From positions 21,824,001-21,888,000 of the forward strand of contig OX597816.1 in NCBI GenBank assembly GCA_951406725.2: DNA of 64,000 nucleotides, in the 5' to 3' direction. How positions within the stretch are numbered: position 1 is the first letter of the stretch; every line of letters begins with the position of its first letter. The DNA is from Octopus vulgaris. Taxonomy: Eukaryota. A program made the position numbers and the translations under genes. Of the stretch, positions 27,085 to 41,473 are shown in pieces. Under the pieces are notes generated by a model that had not been told where the DNA came from, made no database searches, and was given only the letters and a program-made list of their open reading frames with translations.

Positions 27085-27876
27085 AATAAAAAGTTTTGAA
27101 TGGTGCAACAATGCACTATAATTCAAACAATGGACTATAGACCTGTTGTGTTTAAGTCATCGATAGTCTGATAATATTTCGGAATAAAATTCCTTCTTCA
27201 GATATTCTTAGATGGAGTCGCTACAATAATCGATTTTCCAACAGCTTTTTTTTTCTTTTTTTTCTTCTGAAGCGTCTCAGCAGTGGTCTCACGAAGCTCT
27301 TTCCAAGAGGTCGGCTATGTTTCAATCTCGTGTGTGCTGGTACATTCGTAGCGTTGTTTCTAAGTTATATATATGTGTGTGTGTGTGTGAGTGTGTGTGA
27401 GTATGTGTGTGTAGATATGTATATATTGATCTAAGTATCTATAATTTTATATATACGTATATATATATTGTTAATCTTTCTCGTATTCAGGTCTTGTGTT
27501 TAAGCAATCTATATTAAAGTAAGTAACTGTCGTATCTTACATGAATTTAGTAGAGAAAATAAAGTATATTGAGATTTATCACAAACTATTTGTGTCTTCC
27601 TTGCGCAACAGCAGGTTTATTGCTTGTGAGGAGATCCAGTTTGAACTTGACAAGATATGAGATATTAACTTTTGATCTACAAATATAACTGACATAGCTT
27701 TATGGTGAGGAAAGCCATAAATTTTAATTGTCTTTTTTAACATTTATTCGCGGTATCTTATAACTATTTTCTCTTCCTATGTTTGGCCAAACACTGTGAA
27801 GCATTATATTTCGGTTTTTCTTATTTTGCTTTCAACGTTATCTTTTAATTTAATTCATTTATATTATTATTGTAGC

Positions 27877-27936
<60 letters not shown>

Positions 27937-29444
27937 CATCATCATTCTTTTGCATTTATTATGCACTTGTTATTTGCTAAGAGTTATGAGAGTGTTAAAA
28001 GATCTGTTGAAGGAATTAAAAGAAAACATATCAACATTAAAAAAAAAATGTGAACTATTAGAATAAGAGATGCAATAGTTCAGAACAAAAAGTTTTGTTT
28101 ATAAAACACTATCTTATTGCCGTTTCCACCATATCATTCGTGTATCTGATAGAGTGTGTGTAGTTGTCTTTCGGACATTGAGTGCCTTCGTGTGTATGTA
28201 ATAAGACGTCTGTGAGTGCTTTGTAATGAGACGAATGTTCGTATGTGTATGTGTGTGTGTATGTGTTTATGCAAGGTTTATAATGCTGCAGGCAAGTATT
28301 GATTGTATGCTATGAGTTCTCTTCACTCCATAATCAGAGTCAGAGTAAAGGTGAATGATTAAAGTCTGTGGTTATGTAAGCAGAAAAATCTGTTTGGAAA
28401 AGAAAGAGAAAGAGAAAGAGAGAGAGAGGGAGACCTTTTTATATGGATGTAAGTTTTTATTTTATTGTATTGTGTACATAACTTCTAGTGTGAGTACATT
28501 TGAGTGTGCGTGTGTTTGTTTGTGTGTCTGCGTGTGTGTGTGTGTGTGTGTGTGTTTGTGTGTGTGTATGCGTGTGTGTGTGTATGTGTGTGTGTGTGTG
28601 TGTATTTGAATTTGCAGTTGCCACTGAATACTAATATATTTTAGCAGAATAAAATCATGAACAAGGAGAAAGAGAATACGGTAGACCATTGATACAATTA
28701 TGTTTTTAGCCTCAGGGTAGCTCTGAGAGAACAAATCTATGAAGACATTACAGCCATGCCCCAAACGTCTTCATACCAGACAAAGTCTATCTAGGACTAT
28801 ATTATCTAATGTATCATTACTTTAGTGAGACTAGCATTCGAGGGGAATTTATTTTGCTATCTATAATTTAACAGGTAAGACACTCATCGGCATTTGTAAC
28901 TTTAGAAAAGATATAAAAGAGATCGAGACTATAAACACTGCGCATTACTGTGTAAAACATCTTAACTTTTGCACATACTACTCAATTGTCCGTATTCGGA
29001 AAAGATGGTGTCTTTGATCGGTAGTGGTACATTGAAGATCTGTTTAACTACATGTGAGAACGAGATCGCCATGACCCAAGTAATTCTATGTCAGCTTATT
29101 GAATTTTACCTAGGTGTTCTGTGCAAGATTGTAATTAAAATAAAATGATTTGGTATGGAATAGAAAGATTCCAAACATATCTTGCTGGAATGTTCTACAA
29201 AATATTAGCGTAATCTTGAAAATAAATTTGAATTTGTCATGGACAAGTCAATACCAACCCGTGATTAGAGATTGGTGGAAAAATTAGAACAGAATGCTCA
29301 GTAAAATATTTTGTGAATAACTGAAATGTCGGAACTGCGAGAGCATAGGGAATTACATTTTCCGAAGGGTAGTGCGCAAAAGATGCGATGAAGTATAATA
29401 TTCTATTAGTAATTCTTTTGTTGCGCTCTCTGCTATTTTTTATC

Positions 29445-29700
29445 TTTTACTTCAGACATCAGACTAACGTCACGCAGGAGCACCACCTTACCGGGTTCAA
29501 CAATTCGATGCCAGTATTTATTTTTTTTAAGTAGAATGCTCATGCTTTTGGACTCTTTGCCGAATAATTACGTGACGGGGTTTAAACCAGACCACAACAC
29601 AACACTGGTTGTCAAGTACTTTAGGAGGGCAAACCAAAATACAAACACACATACACACACAAACATGTGAATATACATAAATATATATATGTATGTCTGT
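29445..29700 (-). mobile_element. SINE family A, old 3' half
   Basis: Diverged cttttacttcag..gagcaccacctt..ggttgtcaag. Confidence 0.55.
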
Positions 29701-29719
29701 GTGTGTGTGTGTGTGTGTG

Positions 29720-29796
29720 TGTGACTACGTGTGTATCGTTGGCGATTTTTTGCCTCCGTCTTCCCTTCCTTGGATCTTTCGATTCCAGGCACTGAT

Positions 29797-29852
<56 letters not shown>

Positions 29853-30030
29853 GAAGAAGAAGAAGAAGAAGAAGAAGATCGAAAAATACCTTAGGAATGA
29901 GAACCCAGGTTCGAAATTTCCCCAAGACATCTGATGAAGGCTGGATGGTATATGAGCCGAAAATTTGTGTTAACAACAAACAAGATGAGGACAAATACCC
30001 GTGAATTGTAAATAATGTAAATAATGAACA
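29720..30030 (+). mobile_element. Composite pLTR remnant (family 2 5' part fused to family 1) with hammerhead motif
   Basis: CTGATGA-a-GGCT..AGCC-GAAA at 29931-29962; 29720-29780 matches 60261-60322. Confidence 0.65.
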
Positions 30031-30629
30031 TAGCTTAAATAATAAACCCCGAAAGGTGAACCGCGATATGGCGAGGGTCTACTGTACTGTGTTATCAAAC
30101 CTGTAATATATTATTAAAAATTTTAGACGAGGGTAGTCAATAGAAGTTATGAAAGTTTTAAGATGGAGTGAAGCATCGCATTGTCCCATGACGAAAGACA
30201 GAAAACAAACAAAAGCAGTAATTAGCATCTATAAAAGGTTGCCACAGAAACTAAAATGGGCTAAAACCATGCTCTCGGCAAATCAAAATTCTGTGATATT
30301 ATACCAAATAAGAAACACTTTGAAAATGAAATCAAAGTCGTCCTTCGTCATCGAATTTCCAAGCAAGATGAATCATTGTAACTGAAATGGAAAGTCTTTT
30401 GTGAATTTGGATCGAATATCGCAATCGAAAGAGCATTTTCATCAAAAAGTAGTCTATCTGTCTGAAACAGTTCAAAGAAAACGGAAAGAAGAAGAGAAGA
30501 ATGAAAAGCAAGACAATAAGGAAAATTGTTCTGTCATTACTGAATGGTACATGATTCGAAAACGATGTGGAATATTTTCTGATAATGTATTCAGTTAGTG
30601 TCAATCTCACACAGGAGCCGAACTAATTC

Positions 30630-30992
30630 CTTTACTCTTTTATTCTTTTACTTGTTTCAGTCATTTGACTGCGGCCATGCTGGAGCACCGCCTTAAGTCG
30701 AGCAAATCGACCCCGGGACTTATTCTTTTGTAAGCCTAGTACTTATTCTATCGGTCTCTTTTGCCGAACCGCTAAGTGACGGGGACAGAAACACAGCAGC
30801 ATCGGTTGTCAAGCAATGCTAGGGGAACAAACACAGACATACAAACACATCCATATATATATATGTATATATGCATATATACAACAGGCTTCTTTCAGTT
30901 TCCGTCTACCTAATCCACTCACAAGGCTTTGGTCGGCCCGATACTGTAGTAGAAGAAACATGCCCAAGATGCCACGCAGTGGGACTGAACCT
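30630..30992 (-). mobile_element. SINE family A
   Basis: High similarity to other copies; head truncated. Confidence 0.9.
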
Positions 30993-31277
30993 GTTCTCCA
31001 AGAATATCAACATTCTTGAAGAACAAATTATAAAAGTTCATGAATCCGGATTTTGAAACGAATGCCTTATAAAACTTAATCGATAAAGGAAGGAAAACAG
31101 TAACCTGGTTTCAAAACTGCCAATGCGTGGAAACGTTTCTGATAATTTAAATTGAAAACACGTATTGAACTATCGATCAGCAGAAACATTTATTTTTAAA
31201 GGGTTATTCGTACTCTACACTCCTCGAAGAAATAAGAGGGACAATAGAAAGAAGGTTTAAATTCCACAAGTAACATA

Positions 31278-31452
31278 GGCGTAGGAGTGGATGGATGGTA
31301 AGTAGCTTGCTTACGAACCACATGGTTCCGGGTTCAGTCCCACTGCGTGGCACCTTGGGCAAGTGTCTTCTACTATAGCCTCGGGTCGACCGATGCCTTG
31401 TGAGTGGATTTGTAGACGGAAATTGAGAGAAACCTATCGTGTATATGTATAG

Positions 31453-31490
<38 letters not shown>

Positions 31491-31705
31491 CTGTGTTTGT
31501 TCCCCTAACATTGCTTAACAATCGAAACTAGTGTGTTTGCTCACCCGTAACTTAGCGGTTCGGCAAAAGAGCCCGATAGAATAAGTACTAGGCTTACAAA
31601 GAATAAGTCCCGGAGTCGATTTGTTCGACTAAAGGCGGTGCTCCAGCATGTCCACAGTCACATGACTGAAACAAGAAAAAGAGAAAAAGAGAGAGTAGAA
31701 GAGTA
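31278..31705 (+). mobile_element. SINE family A
   Basis: Full-length copy. Confidence 0.9.
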
Positions 31706-32191
31706 AATGACCATATTATCGTTCTTTAAATATATATTTTTTAAAGAATATAATATCGTTCTTTAAACGGGTTTGGTTCAAAGAATTACAAAAACAGCTT
31801 GGGGCTAATGAGGATCGTGGTGAAAATTCATTTACTGAAGCAATTATATTTGCATATTGGAATAATGATCAACCAACAATGGAGTTTAATTGAATTGTAA
31901 AGAGATTAAAAGATTAGCGATGACAAAGGTTTAATAACCAGACTCATGCATTTGATGTATGAGATAAGATTAGGGATTTTGGTGATAAGGTATTCAAATG
32001 GTTTTATAGAAAGTGATGCATGGCTATGTGGTTAGGATGCTCACTTAGCAACAACGTGGTTTCGTGTTCAGTCCCACAGCACCTTGCAAAACTATCTTCT
32101 ATTATATTCCCGGGCCGACCAATGATTTGTGAATGAAATTGGTAGGCTAGTAGATGGAAACTATGGAAGCCCATCGTATACATATAATATA

Positions 32192-32414
32192 TTAAAATGA
32201 AACTGGATCTCTTCCTGTCAGGTATCCCAGATGAACCAACTTCACGGCAGGAGGTGCAGATGAGGGCAGCTGCATCGAACTCTCTCATGCACCAAATGGC
32301 AGTTGCTAAAAAGCATTCGTGAAGTAAAACCATGTAGCAACACCAAATGGCGGTGCCCCAGCATGGCCACAGCTCATGAGCTGAAACTAGAATCAATCAA
32401 TCAATCAATCAATC
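32192..32414 (+). mobile_element. CR1-like LINE 3' end
   Basis: KMKLDLFLSGIPDEPTSRQEVQMRAAASNSL then a 3' UTR and (AATC)n tail. Confidence 0.8.
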
Positions 32415-32428
32415 ATATATATATATAT

Positions 32429-32738
32429 CACCGTGATCACCGTGACCGACCAGGCTATCATATGTTGCTACACATCGCTGGTCACAATGCGTTTCGCATT
32501 GTTTTAGCCTTCAAATGACGCCACCCCTCTGCCTAAGCGAGCAGGTGAACAGAATAAAGAGTGAGAGAAAGTTGTGGCGAAAGAGTACACCAAGGATCGC
32601 CACCACCCCCTGCTGGAGCCTCGTGGAGCTTTAGGTGCTTTCGCTCAATAAACACTCACAACCCCCGGTCTGGGAATCGAAACCGTGGTCCTACGGCTGC
32701 GAGTCCGCTGCCCTAACCACTGGGCTGTTGCGCTTCCA
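32429..32738 (-). mobile_element. tRNA-derived SINE family C (tail T3)
   Basis: Family C head and centre with an unrelated tail. Confidence 0.85.
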
Positions 32739-34000
32739 TATATATATATATATATATATGCTTGCTTGTATGTGTGTGTGTATATGTGTATATGTGTGTG
32801 TGTTTGTACAAATTATTGTCTCCGCCCGAACCCCCTTTACAACTGGTGTAGGTTCCTTTGCATCCCAGTTTACTAGTGGTTCGACAAAAGACACCGATAG
32901 CTTAAATGCCAGAAATAAGCGTAATAAAATTTTAAAAATTTCTGGTATCAATCTGTTCGGCGAAAAGCATTCAGGCTGTTGCTCCAGCATGACTGTAGCC
33001 CTATGACTGAAACATATAAAAGACAAAAGGTAAAGACCATCAAACCGGTTGTTGATATATCGTGAGGAGAAAATTTGCAGTGAAAAGTTAACCGATTTCT
33101 AGAATAGAATATTGTCCATCTGAGCAAATTAACATTGATAATGACTACAATATCAAATTGCTAAATCGTAATAAACTTAAATCTGTTTCTTTTATTCACC
33201 TTACATTTTTTTAGACCTGTCATCAAATATTTTCAGTTGACAGTTTATTTGACAACATCTACGTTTATATTTCCCTTTAGACTAATACATAGGCACAGTG
33301 GCTGTCAACGAGATGGTGTTAGCGAAAGAGACGAGGTGAGGATAGGAAAGTGTGGGCGATAGATGGATGGTAGTTGATAAGGAATGGATGCTAGTAGTTA
33401 TAGAAATTTTGAGAATAACACTTATTAAAATACTGCTGTCCATATTTTAGATATATTGTATTGAATTATGCGAAGCAATATTTTAACTCTTTAACTCTTG
33501 GAAATGGAACCGGCTCGGGGTTTCTCAGAATTCATTGCGAGATACAAAACAGAACATAATTAAGTGTAATGCAGTTTAAATTGAATACGAACATCTGGTG
33601 TGAAACTAAGAAAATGAATGACTCATTTAATGAGTTCCAGTTGCCAAAAAATACAACCAGTGTAGTCTCTCAATTATGGTTTATTTTACGTCTCTATCTA
33701 TATTGTCAGATGTTTTTCCATTTCATTTTCGATTTTTCTTTTACATAAATCACTTGAACACACCAGACGTTCTTTGCAATAAATCATTCCAAAAATAGTA
33801 TTTAAGAAGTGCGTGTTGTACATATCAGCACATAGCATCAATTAAAAAGAATGCTAATGAAAGAAGAGAAAATTCTTCCTTTCATAGTTATCTTTCCACT
33901 TTTGCGTATCATGAAGGGCTTAGGGTTTCCGGATTAGGTGGTAAACAGGGAGAAGGTATCCTCAAACAGTAGACTTCACCGAACGCTTGCTATAATAAAG

Positions 34001-34229
34001 GCGGCGCGCTGGCAGGACCGTTAGCACGCCGGGCGAAATGCTTAGCAATATTTCGTCTGCCGCTACGTTCTGAATTCAAATTCTGCCGAGGTCGACTTTG
34101 CCTTTCATCCTTTCAGGGTCGATAAATTAAGTACCAGTTACGCACTGGGGTCGATGTAATCGACTTAATCCGTTTGACTGTCCTTGTTTGTCCTCTCTGC
34201 GTTTAGCCCCTTGTGGGCAGTAAAAAATA
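34001..34229 (+). mobile_element. SINE family B monomer
   Basis: TSD tataataaag at 33991-34000 and 34230-34239. Confidence 0.9.
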
Positions 34230-34600
34230 TATAATAAAGCTGTCTCCGCTAAAAGTGCCAACAATATCTGCTGGTGTTGTTAATTCGGGCGATGGTAGCA
34301 TTTAAACTCACGACTAAAAGAGTTGGAAAGAATAACACTGATTGCCTTGGTTATACATTCTTACAATTCCTCGAATATTACGATCTAGCGTTTTTATCGA
34401 CTTCAAAAAGATAAAAGGTAAAGCAGACCTCGCCTGTTTGGAACCCAGAGCTCAGAGCGTCGGAACAAATTCAGCAATGTTTCTCTAGGATGAAGTATTG
34501 CTTATATTAGGTCACTGTTATATTTAACTGAGCACTGGCAGTTTTTGAAATATTCTTTTACTCTTTTACTTCCGTAACATCAAAAGTGAAAGTGGATAGT

Positions 34601-35020
34601 TTACTCTTTTACTCTCTTTTACTCGTTTACTTGTTTCAGTCATTTGAATGTGGCCATGCTGGAGCACCGCCTTTAGTCGAGCAAATCGACCCCAGGACTT
34701 ATTCTTTGTAAGCCTAGTACTTATTCTATCGGTCTCTTTTACCGAACCGCTAAGCAACGGGGACGTAAACACACCAGCATCGGTTGTCAAGCGATGTTGG
34801 GGGGACAAACACACACACTCAAACATATGCACACATATACATAGATATACATATATACGACGGTTTCTTTCAGTTTCCGTCTACCAAATCCTCTCACAAG
34901 TCTTTAGTCGGCCCGAGGCTATAGTAGAAGACACTTGCCCAAGGTGCCACGCAGTGGGACTGAACTCGGAACCATGTGGCTCTTAAGCAAGATACTTACC
35001 ACACAGCCATTCCTACGCCT
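34601..35020 (-). mobile_element. SINE family A
   Basis: Full-length copy with (TAAAAGAG)n tail. Confidence 0.9.
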
Positions 35021-35851
35021 ATATATCAATGTTTATTTTAAAGTCGCTGGTTTTAGAAATTAGGCCGGAGTGTTTATAGACTCCATGTTATTGTGAACAA
35101 CAGATGGATGTTATGTATTATATGTAGCCTTCATTATGCTTATTAAAGTAGCGGTGTGTTCTTGCAATGATATTCTCCATGTTTATTGTTACTAAAAATT
35201 AAATGCAAGAAGTAGTTTACATGTTGTTGCTAACTACAGCAGGGTACACAAATTGGTGTCTCTACCAAATTCCACAAGAGTTTTACATGCATTTCATGTT
35301 CTTACAAATAGGTTACATACAGCTATTGCAAGTTGTGAAGAGACAGCACGTCTAGTTTATTCAAAAACCGCATTTACGACATATTTGAGACCTTGCGTAC
35401 AAAAGCTACAAAAGTGCATAACAAGCATTAATATTTGCTAGAACTGCAAGTAAATAATAATGCTTACCCGAACAGCGATGTTTTATGCATAGACAAACCC
35501 TACCAATATCCACATCAGATTTATTTAACTTTCCATAAAATTTTAATGTAATTTGTTTATTGCCAACACAAACCGTCTCAACTTTCAGTAGATTAAAAAC
35601 TTTGAAAATATCAATATAAGAAGCAAGAAAAGCTTAATATTAATTTAAAATATATTATCAGCTTAATAGTGATTATATATATTTAATGCTGCATTATAAC
35701 AGAATAACGTTATATTACTTATTATTAACTTAACAATAACAATATAAAATATAATCTCCACAGACACCAGGCATGAAAATCTATGGTAAAGTTGGAAATG
35801 AGAGACGTAGTATTTGATAAAAGGAGTAATTCCTTAAGATATATATACATT

Positions 35852-35915
<64 letters not shown>

Positions 35916-35976
35916 ACTGTATAGAAGTAATGCTTATCGCTACCTAAATACACACATATGTATACATATATATGTA

Positions 35977-36026
<50 letters not shown>

Positions 36027-37024
36027 CACATATGAGAGGTATGACCACAATGTTGACAACCCTTATGCTAGAAATAGATCCACTATGGTCTTACCACTAA
36101 GAATTGTTCCCAAGAAAAAATCTAGCAAACGCCAGAACATAAACGAGGAAGACAAATGAAAAGTAACAGAAATAGAGATTATTCACATACATGTTTCACT
36201 ATTAACAGATTACCTAATTTTACTTACGCAATTTGTCCGTAGATCTTCAGTGTGACCGTCTATACAAATATAATTTGCAGAAATATACACGAGGGTGTCC
36301 GAACGTTGTGGTACTTGTATATAGTTCTTCTTTTTATCTTTGCTGTTATTCTTCGAAAGTCCTCGTCTTGGCGCGCTAAATTACTGGAAAACAATACTGC
36401 AGAAAATGATTTACTGCAGTGGCTTTCGCCGGTTAGAGAACGTATTAATTTAAATTAAAATTTCAAATGAGGGTGAGGAATTTGATATTAATTTAATTAA
36501 CATCAATTTAACACCAGTTAAAATCTGAAGGTTCTAATAGCTTCTCAACTTAACTGATTGGAAGTGCTATAAAGTACAGATGGGCTACAACAAAATATTC
36601 ACCTCAGTACTACATACTTGCTTGTCAGTTGTTTGACCTTAACCAGTCGAGCATGTCCCTTAGTGGCTGACGATATGTGCATCTCTGATCACAAGCAGGA
36701 GAAGTGGGGGATCATCGTAAGCATATGTTGAGAGGAATTCTTTGAGATTTGAATAGTTTACCTCTGGAAACATGGGTGTTTCATTCAACCTTAACCAACC
36801 CTTATTCAGGAACCTTTTGAGCGGCATGGGTTACTCAACCTGAAGAAAATTGTGACTAGGCCCAACCAGCACGGTCATGTGCTGTTTATCTTGATATGAG
36901 ATCACCATGTCACGCAAATATGGTTGTGAGGAATGTGCGTAGTGTATTCTTATCTGACGGGTATACTGGACTTCGTATATTTTACTTCAGTATCACTTTC
37001 ACGGAATGCAGTGCTCTCTCACTC

Positions 37025-37206
<182 letters not shown>

Positions 37207-37210
37207 CCAC

Positions 37211-38070
37211 AAAAACTTTAATACCCACAACTGCCTCTGTAAGCACCCTTTTTTCTTTCTTTCTTTTTTTTTCTTCTCTCTAAAAACATCACGCTTTTCT
37301 CTTTTTTTCTTTTTGTAGACTTGCAAAACCCTAAAACTTTCTATGAATATCTGACTTTTCTTTGCTTCCTCCCAGAATATTCAAATATAAATGTAAACAT
37401 ATACTTTTTATTGCAAAAACACACCTGTTCTTCTAACTGGACATACAAACATCTCTAGAGGGGTCAACTTCAACCTCCACAATATTACCTTGCACGAAAT
37501 ATACAAACACTTTTTATTGCAATAACACAAACGCACATGGAAAAAATAATGATGCTAAGATTCTCTCTGGTCGAACACAGCTTCTCTATTCACAAATAAT
37601 ACAGAACAGCCCTTCAAAATAAGTTAAGAAAATTTACAAATTTACATATCTACAGTTTTCAATCATACATTCGACCAGCTTTAAAAACTTTGATACCCAC
37701 AATTGCCTCTGTAAACATCCTTTTTTTTTTTTTTTCTTCTCTCTAAAAACATCACGCTTTTCTTTTTGTGGACTTTCAAAACCGTAAAACTTTCTATGAA
37801 AATCTGACTTTTCTTTGCTTCCTCCCTGAATATTCAAATATAAATGTAAACATATACTTTTTATTGCAAAAACACACCTGTTCTTCTAACTGGACATACA
37901 AACATCTCTAGAAAAGTCAACTTCAACCTCCACAATATTACCTTACACGAAATATACAAACACTTTTTATTGCAATAACACAAACGCACATGGAAAAAAA
38001 ATGATGATGCTAAGATTCTCTCTGGTCGAACACAACTTCTCTATTCACAAACAATACAGGACACCCCTTC
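37211..38070 (+). repeat. Tandem duplication, about 470-bp period
   Basis: 37211-37615 is highly similar to 37683-38070. Confidence 0.9.
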
Positions 38071-38606
38071 CTTAATTTTTCTTAAGGCTAATAGTAGTAA
38101 ACATCTGAACTTTTTTTGACCCCACCCAAAAAAAAAAAAAAAAGATAGTAATAGTGCTGATATTCTATCTATCTATCTACACACACACACACAAACCTCA
38201 CCTCGGCTCTATTGTTAACCAAATATGAAAGTATCATTTGACAGGCAAGAACTCTGGCATTGAAGAGAGTCAGCCAGCCAACCACCAAGCCAGCCAACGA
38301 GACAGACAGACACTACTGTGATGGTGATAATGATAAAAAAACAAAAATAACAATAATAAGATACTGCTGTGACTACACATAAGACAATATCATTGATGAT
38401 GATAGTGGTGATGGTGATGGTGATGATGATGATGATGATGGTAATGGTGGTGATAATGATGATAGTGATGGTAATGGTGAAGATAATAACGATAATAAGC
38501 CGACTACGGCTGCTATAATGGTACGATTATAATTGTAACGGCAATGATGGCCGTCTCCCCACGAGCCAATCAAAGCTAAAAATGATAACATTATCGTAGC
38601 ACCAAA

Positions 38607-39614
38607 ATGTTTTTGGAAACTAAAAGGAAAACTAAATCAGTATACCAAATCGCTTGTCCTATGGTTAATCTGGAAGCGCGTCCCCCAGGGAAGAGCCAGC
38701 CTGGGATCGAAAAGTCATCAACTGGCACAAACTCTTCTCCGAATACGGACATGGATGGTCACTTGAACGGGAAATCCCCTAACTCGAGCCCTCCAAGTTC
38801 ACCACCACAACCACCACAGAAAGAAAAATGTAAGCGGAACAAATGGACCCGAGAAGAGTATAAAGAAGTAATATACGCTTATTACTATGCATTAGGTAGG
38901 CCATCTCAAGAGAGACACACCGCAAACTCTTACAGTATATGGAGAACACGGAATCAAGACAGTAGGCCCTATTTGGACGAGAACAAATTAGCAAATGTGA
39001 GGAGGGATATCTTTAGAAATAACAGACTCACAGACAGTGAAATAAGTGCGATCAAGCACGCAACGGAAAATGACATAAATATAAGACACAAAGGAAATGA
39101 AGAATCAGATGAACAGTATAGCCCGCCACGAGGCTTAATTGAAAGACTGCCATCTGACCAAAGTACGCAAAGGCCTGAAGATACAAGAAATTCTATTGTA
39201 CCTGTTAAAGATAGCCAGGAAAACGAAAAAACAACAGTAACTGAAGATCTCGCATTTGCTGAAGAACACAGAGAGTCTATGGCAGAAATGAGGCAGAAAA
39301 TCCTGAATACACTTGAAGTTGTAAGACATACAAGTATGAATGATAGAGAACCGCTTCATAAACTCTCAAATACAAACCAAAATAAAAAACAAATCCAAAT
39401 TGGCAACTATGTAACAAATGAAATAATACGAGAATTAAAACCTGATTTTACTGAGTTAAATGAAATTATTTACGCTTCTGCTAGGGCAATTGAAACCAGC
39501 TGTATTCCCCCGAAAAAACAAAGAAAACAAAACCTGGGAAGAAATCAAACCTGGAGAAGTAAAATTGAAAAAGAGATTGAATTTATGAGAGGGGAAATAT
39601 CAATATTCAATTAA
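38607..39614 (+). pseudogene. Dong/R4 ORF N-terminal region
   Basis: KRNKWTREEYKEVIYAYY and ENKLANVRRDIFRNNRLT motifs; premature stop, frame continues at 39657. Confidence 0.8.
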
Positions 39615-40100
39615 CTAATATGTGGAAATGATGTAAGATCCAGAACAGGAAGAAAGATGAAGAGAAAATTTGGATCCTCACCAAGAGAAGAACTGATATC
39701 AATAAAAGAAACGCTGAAACAAAAAGTCCAAGCAAAAGCCCAAAGAATACGAAGATTTGAGAAGAGAAACAAGTTTTACAAGCAAAATAAGCTGTTCACA
39801 TCCAATGCCAAAAAATTCTACAGAGAAATAGGGAAGGAGAAAGTAACCGTTAAAGACCCCCTCCCATGGAAGAAGTTCAAAACTTTTGGGAAAGGATTTG
39901 GAGTGACAAGAAGACGTACAACATAAATGCAGACTGGATTATACAAACTGAAGGATCCTACCAAAATTTACAACAACAAGCATGGGAAGACATCACAATA
40001 GCAGACCTAAGAAAGGCACTCACGAAGGCCCATAATTGGAAATCCCCCGGTAAAGATAGGGTGCGCACACGGTAAGCTAGTTCAGCTGCTCAATGGAATT

Positions 40101-41231
40101 TTGAGAGACCCAAAGAAAACACCTGAATGGTTAGCAAGTGGCATTACTTACCTACTCCCAAAGAATAACGAAACCAACCTTCCAAAAAACTATCGGCCTA
40201 TAACCTGTCTATCCACCACGTATAAAATCCTAACATCTATCCTGGCGGAGAAAACATATGCATTCATGGAGAAGAACGATATTTTCCCCATTAAACAAAA
40301 AGGGTGCCGCCGAGGCTCTTACGGATGCAAAGATCAACTGCTAATCAATCGTATGATCCTTGAGAACTGTCACAACAAGCGCAGAAATCTCAGCACCGCA
40401 TGGATTGACTATAAAAAGGCCTTCGACAGTATACCGCATCCATGGATCTTGAGATCGCTGGACATCTTTAAAATTTCCCCTGTGATTTCAAACTTCCTGA
40501 AGCACAATATGTCGTTGTGGAATACGAATCTCCAATTATACCACTCTAATGGAGTACTTGCCTCAGAAAATATAAACATCAACTGTGGAATTTTTCAAGG
40601 TGACTCACTTTCACCTTTAATATTCTGCATAGCCCTAATACCCCTTACAAGTGAATTAAACAGAACAAGGTATGGGTATAAAATTGCCAATAAAAAAATA
40701 AGCCATCTATTTTATATGGATGACTTAAAACTTTATGGTAAAGACAATAATGAACTTGAAGGCCTATTGCGCACCGTGAAAGCATTCAGCGATGACATCG
40801 GGATGGAGTTTGGACTTGAGAAGTGTGCCAAGGCCACTTTCCAGAAAGGGAAAGTGAAGACCACAAATTCAGTCGTGTTAGATGTTGACACAGTCATAAG
40901 AGAGCTTGAGAAAGAACAGACATACAAATATTTAGGGATAAATGAAGGCTCTGGTATTCAGCATGCAAGCATGAAAGAGAAAATCAGGAAGGAATGTTAT
41001 AGGAGAGTTCGTGCAGTCCTGAAATCTGAACTAAATGCACGTAACAAGGTGTTCGCTATAAATTCCTTAGCAGTTCCAGTTGTTACTTATAGCTACAATG
41101 TGTGGAACTGGAATATGAGTGAAGTAAAGAATATAGATAGAAAAATACGCAAGCTGCTGAGTTGTAATAGGATGCACCACCCAAAGGCAGCTTCCCAGAG
41201 CCCAAGGAGGTCGAGGCCTGATCCAATTTGA
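40101..41231 (+). pseudogene. Reverse transcriptase domain of Dong/R4 element
   Basis: NYRPITCL, WIDYKKAFDS, GIFQGDSLSPL, HLFYMDDLKL, YKYLG motifs; frameshifts or deletions at both ends. Confidence 0.95.
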
Positions 41232-41473
41232 ACTAGCTTACAAAACAACCACAATTGGACTGGCCAAATATCTCGAAATATCGAATGACTGGATGCTAAA
41301 GCTCGTGGAAAATCACGAGAGACGAAAGAAGCTTCATTCTATCATCAAGGAAAGCAAAAAATTTGCTATTGATCTCGTGCAGGATACCCAAACTGAACAA
41401 CCCGAGGGAAGTACGGCAACTATTGTTGCAAAGAAGGTGAAAATGATGGCAATGAAAAAAAGCGCACGAGCAA

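Larger units (their letters stand above)
32010..33030 (+). mobile_element. Old SINE family A copy split by two nested insertions
   Basis: 5' half at 32010-32180, 3' half at 32790-33030. Confidence 0.7.

Noticed and set aside
36500-36960. Higher-GC block that looks like a dispersed repeat
   Set aside because: Single copy in this window with no termini or coding motif to classify it
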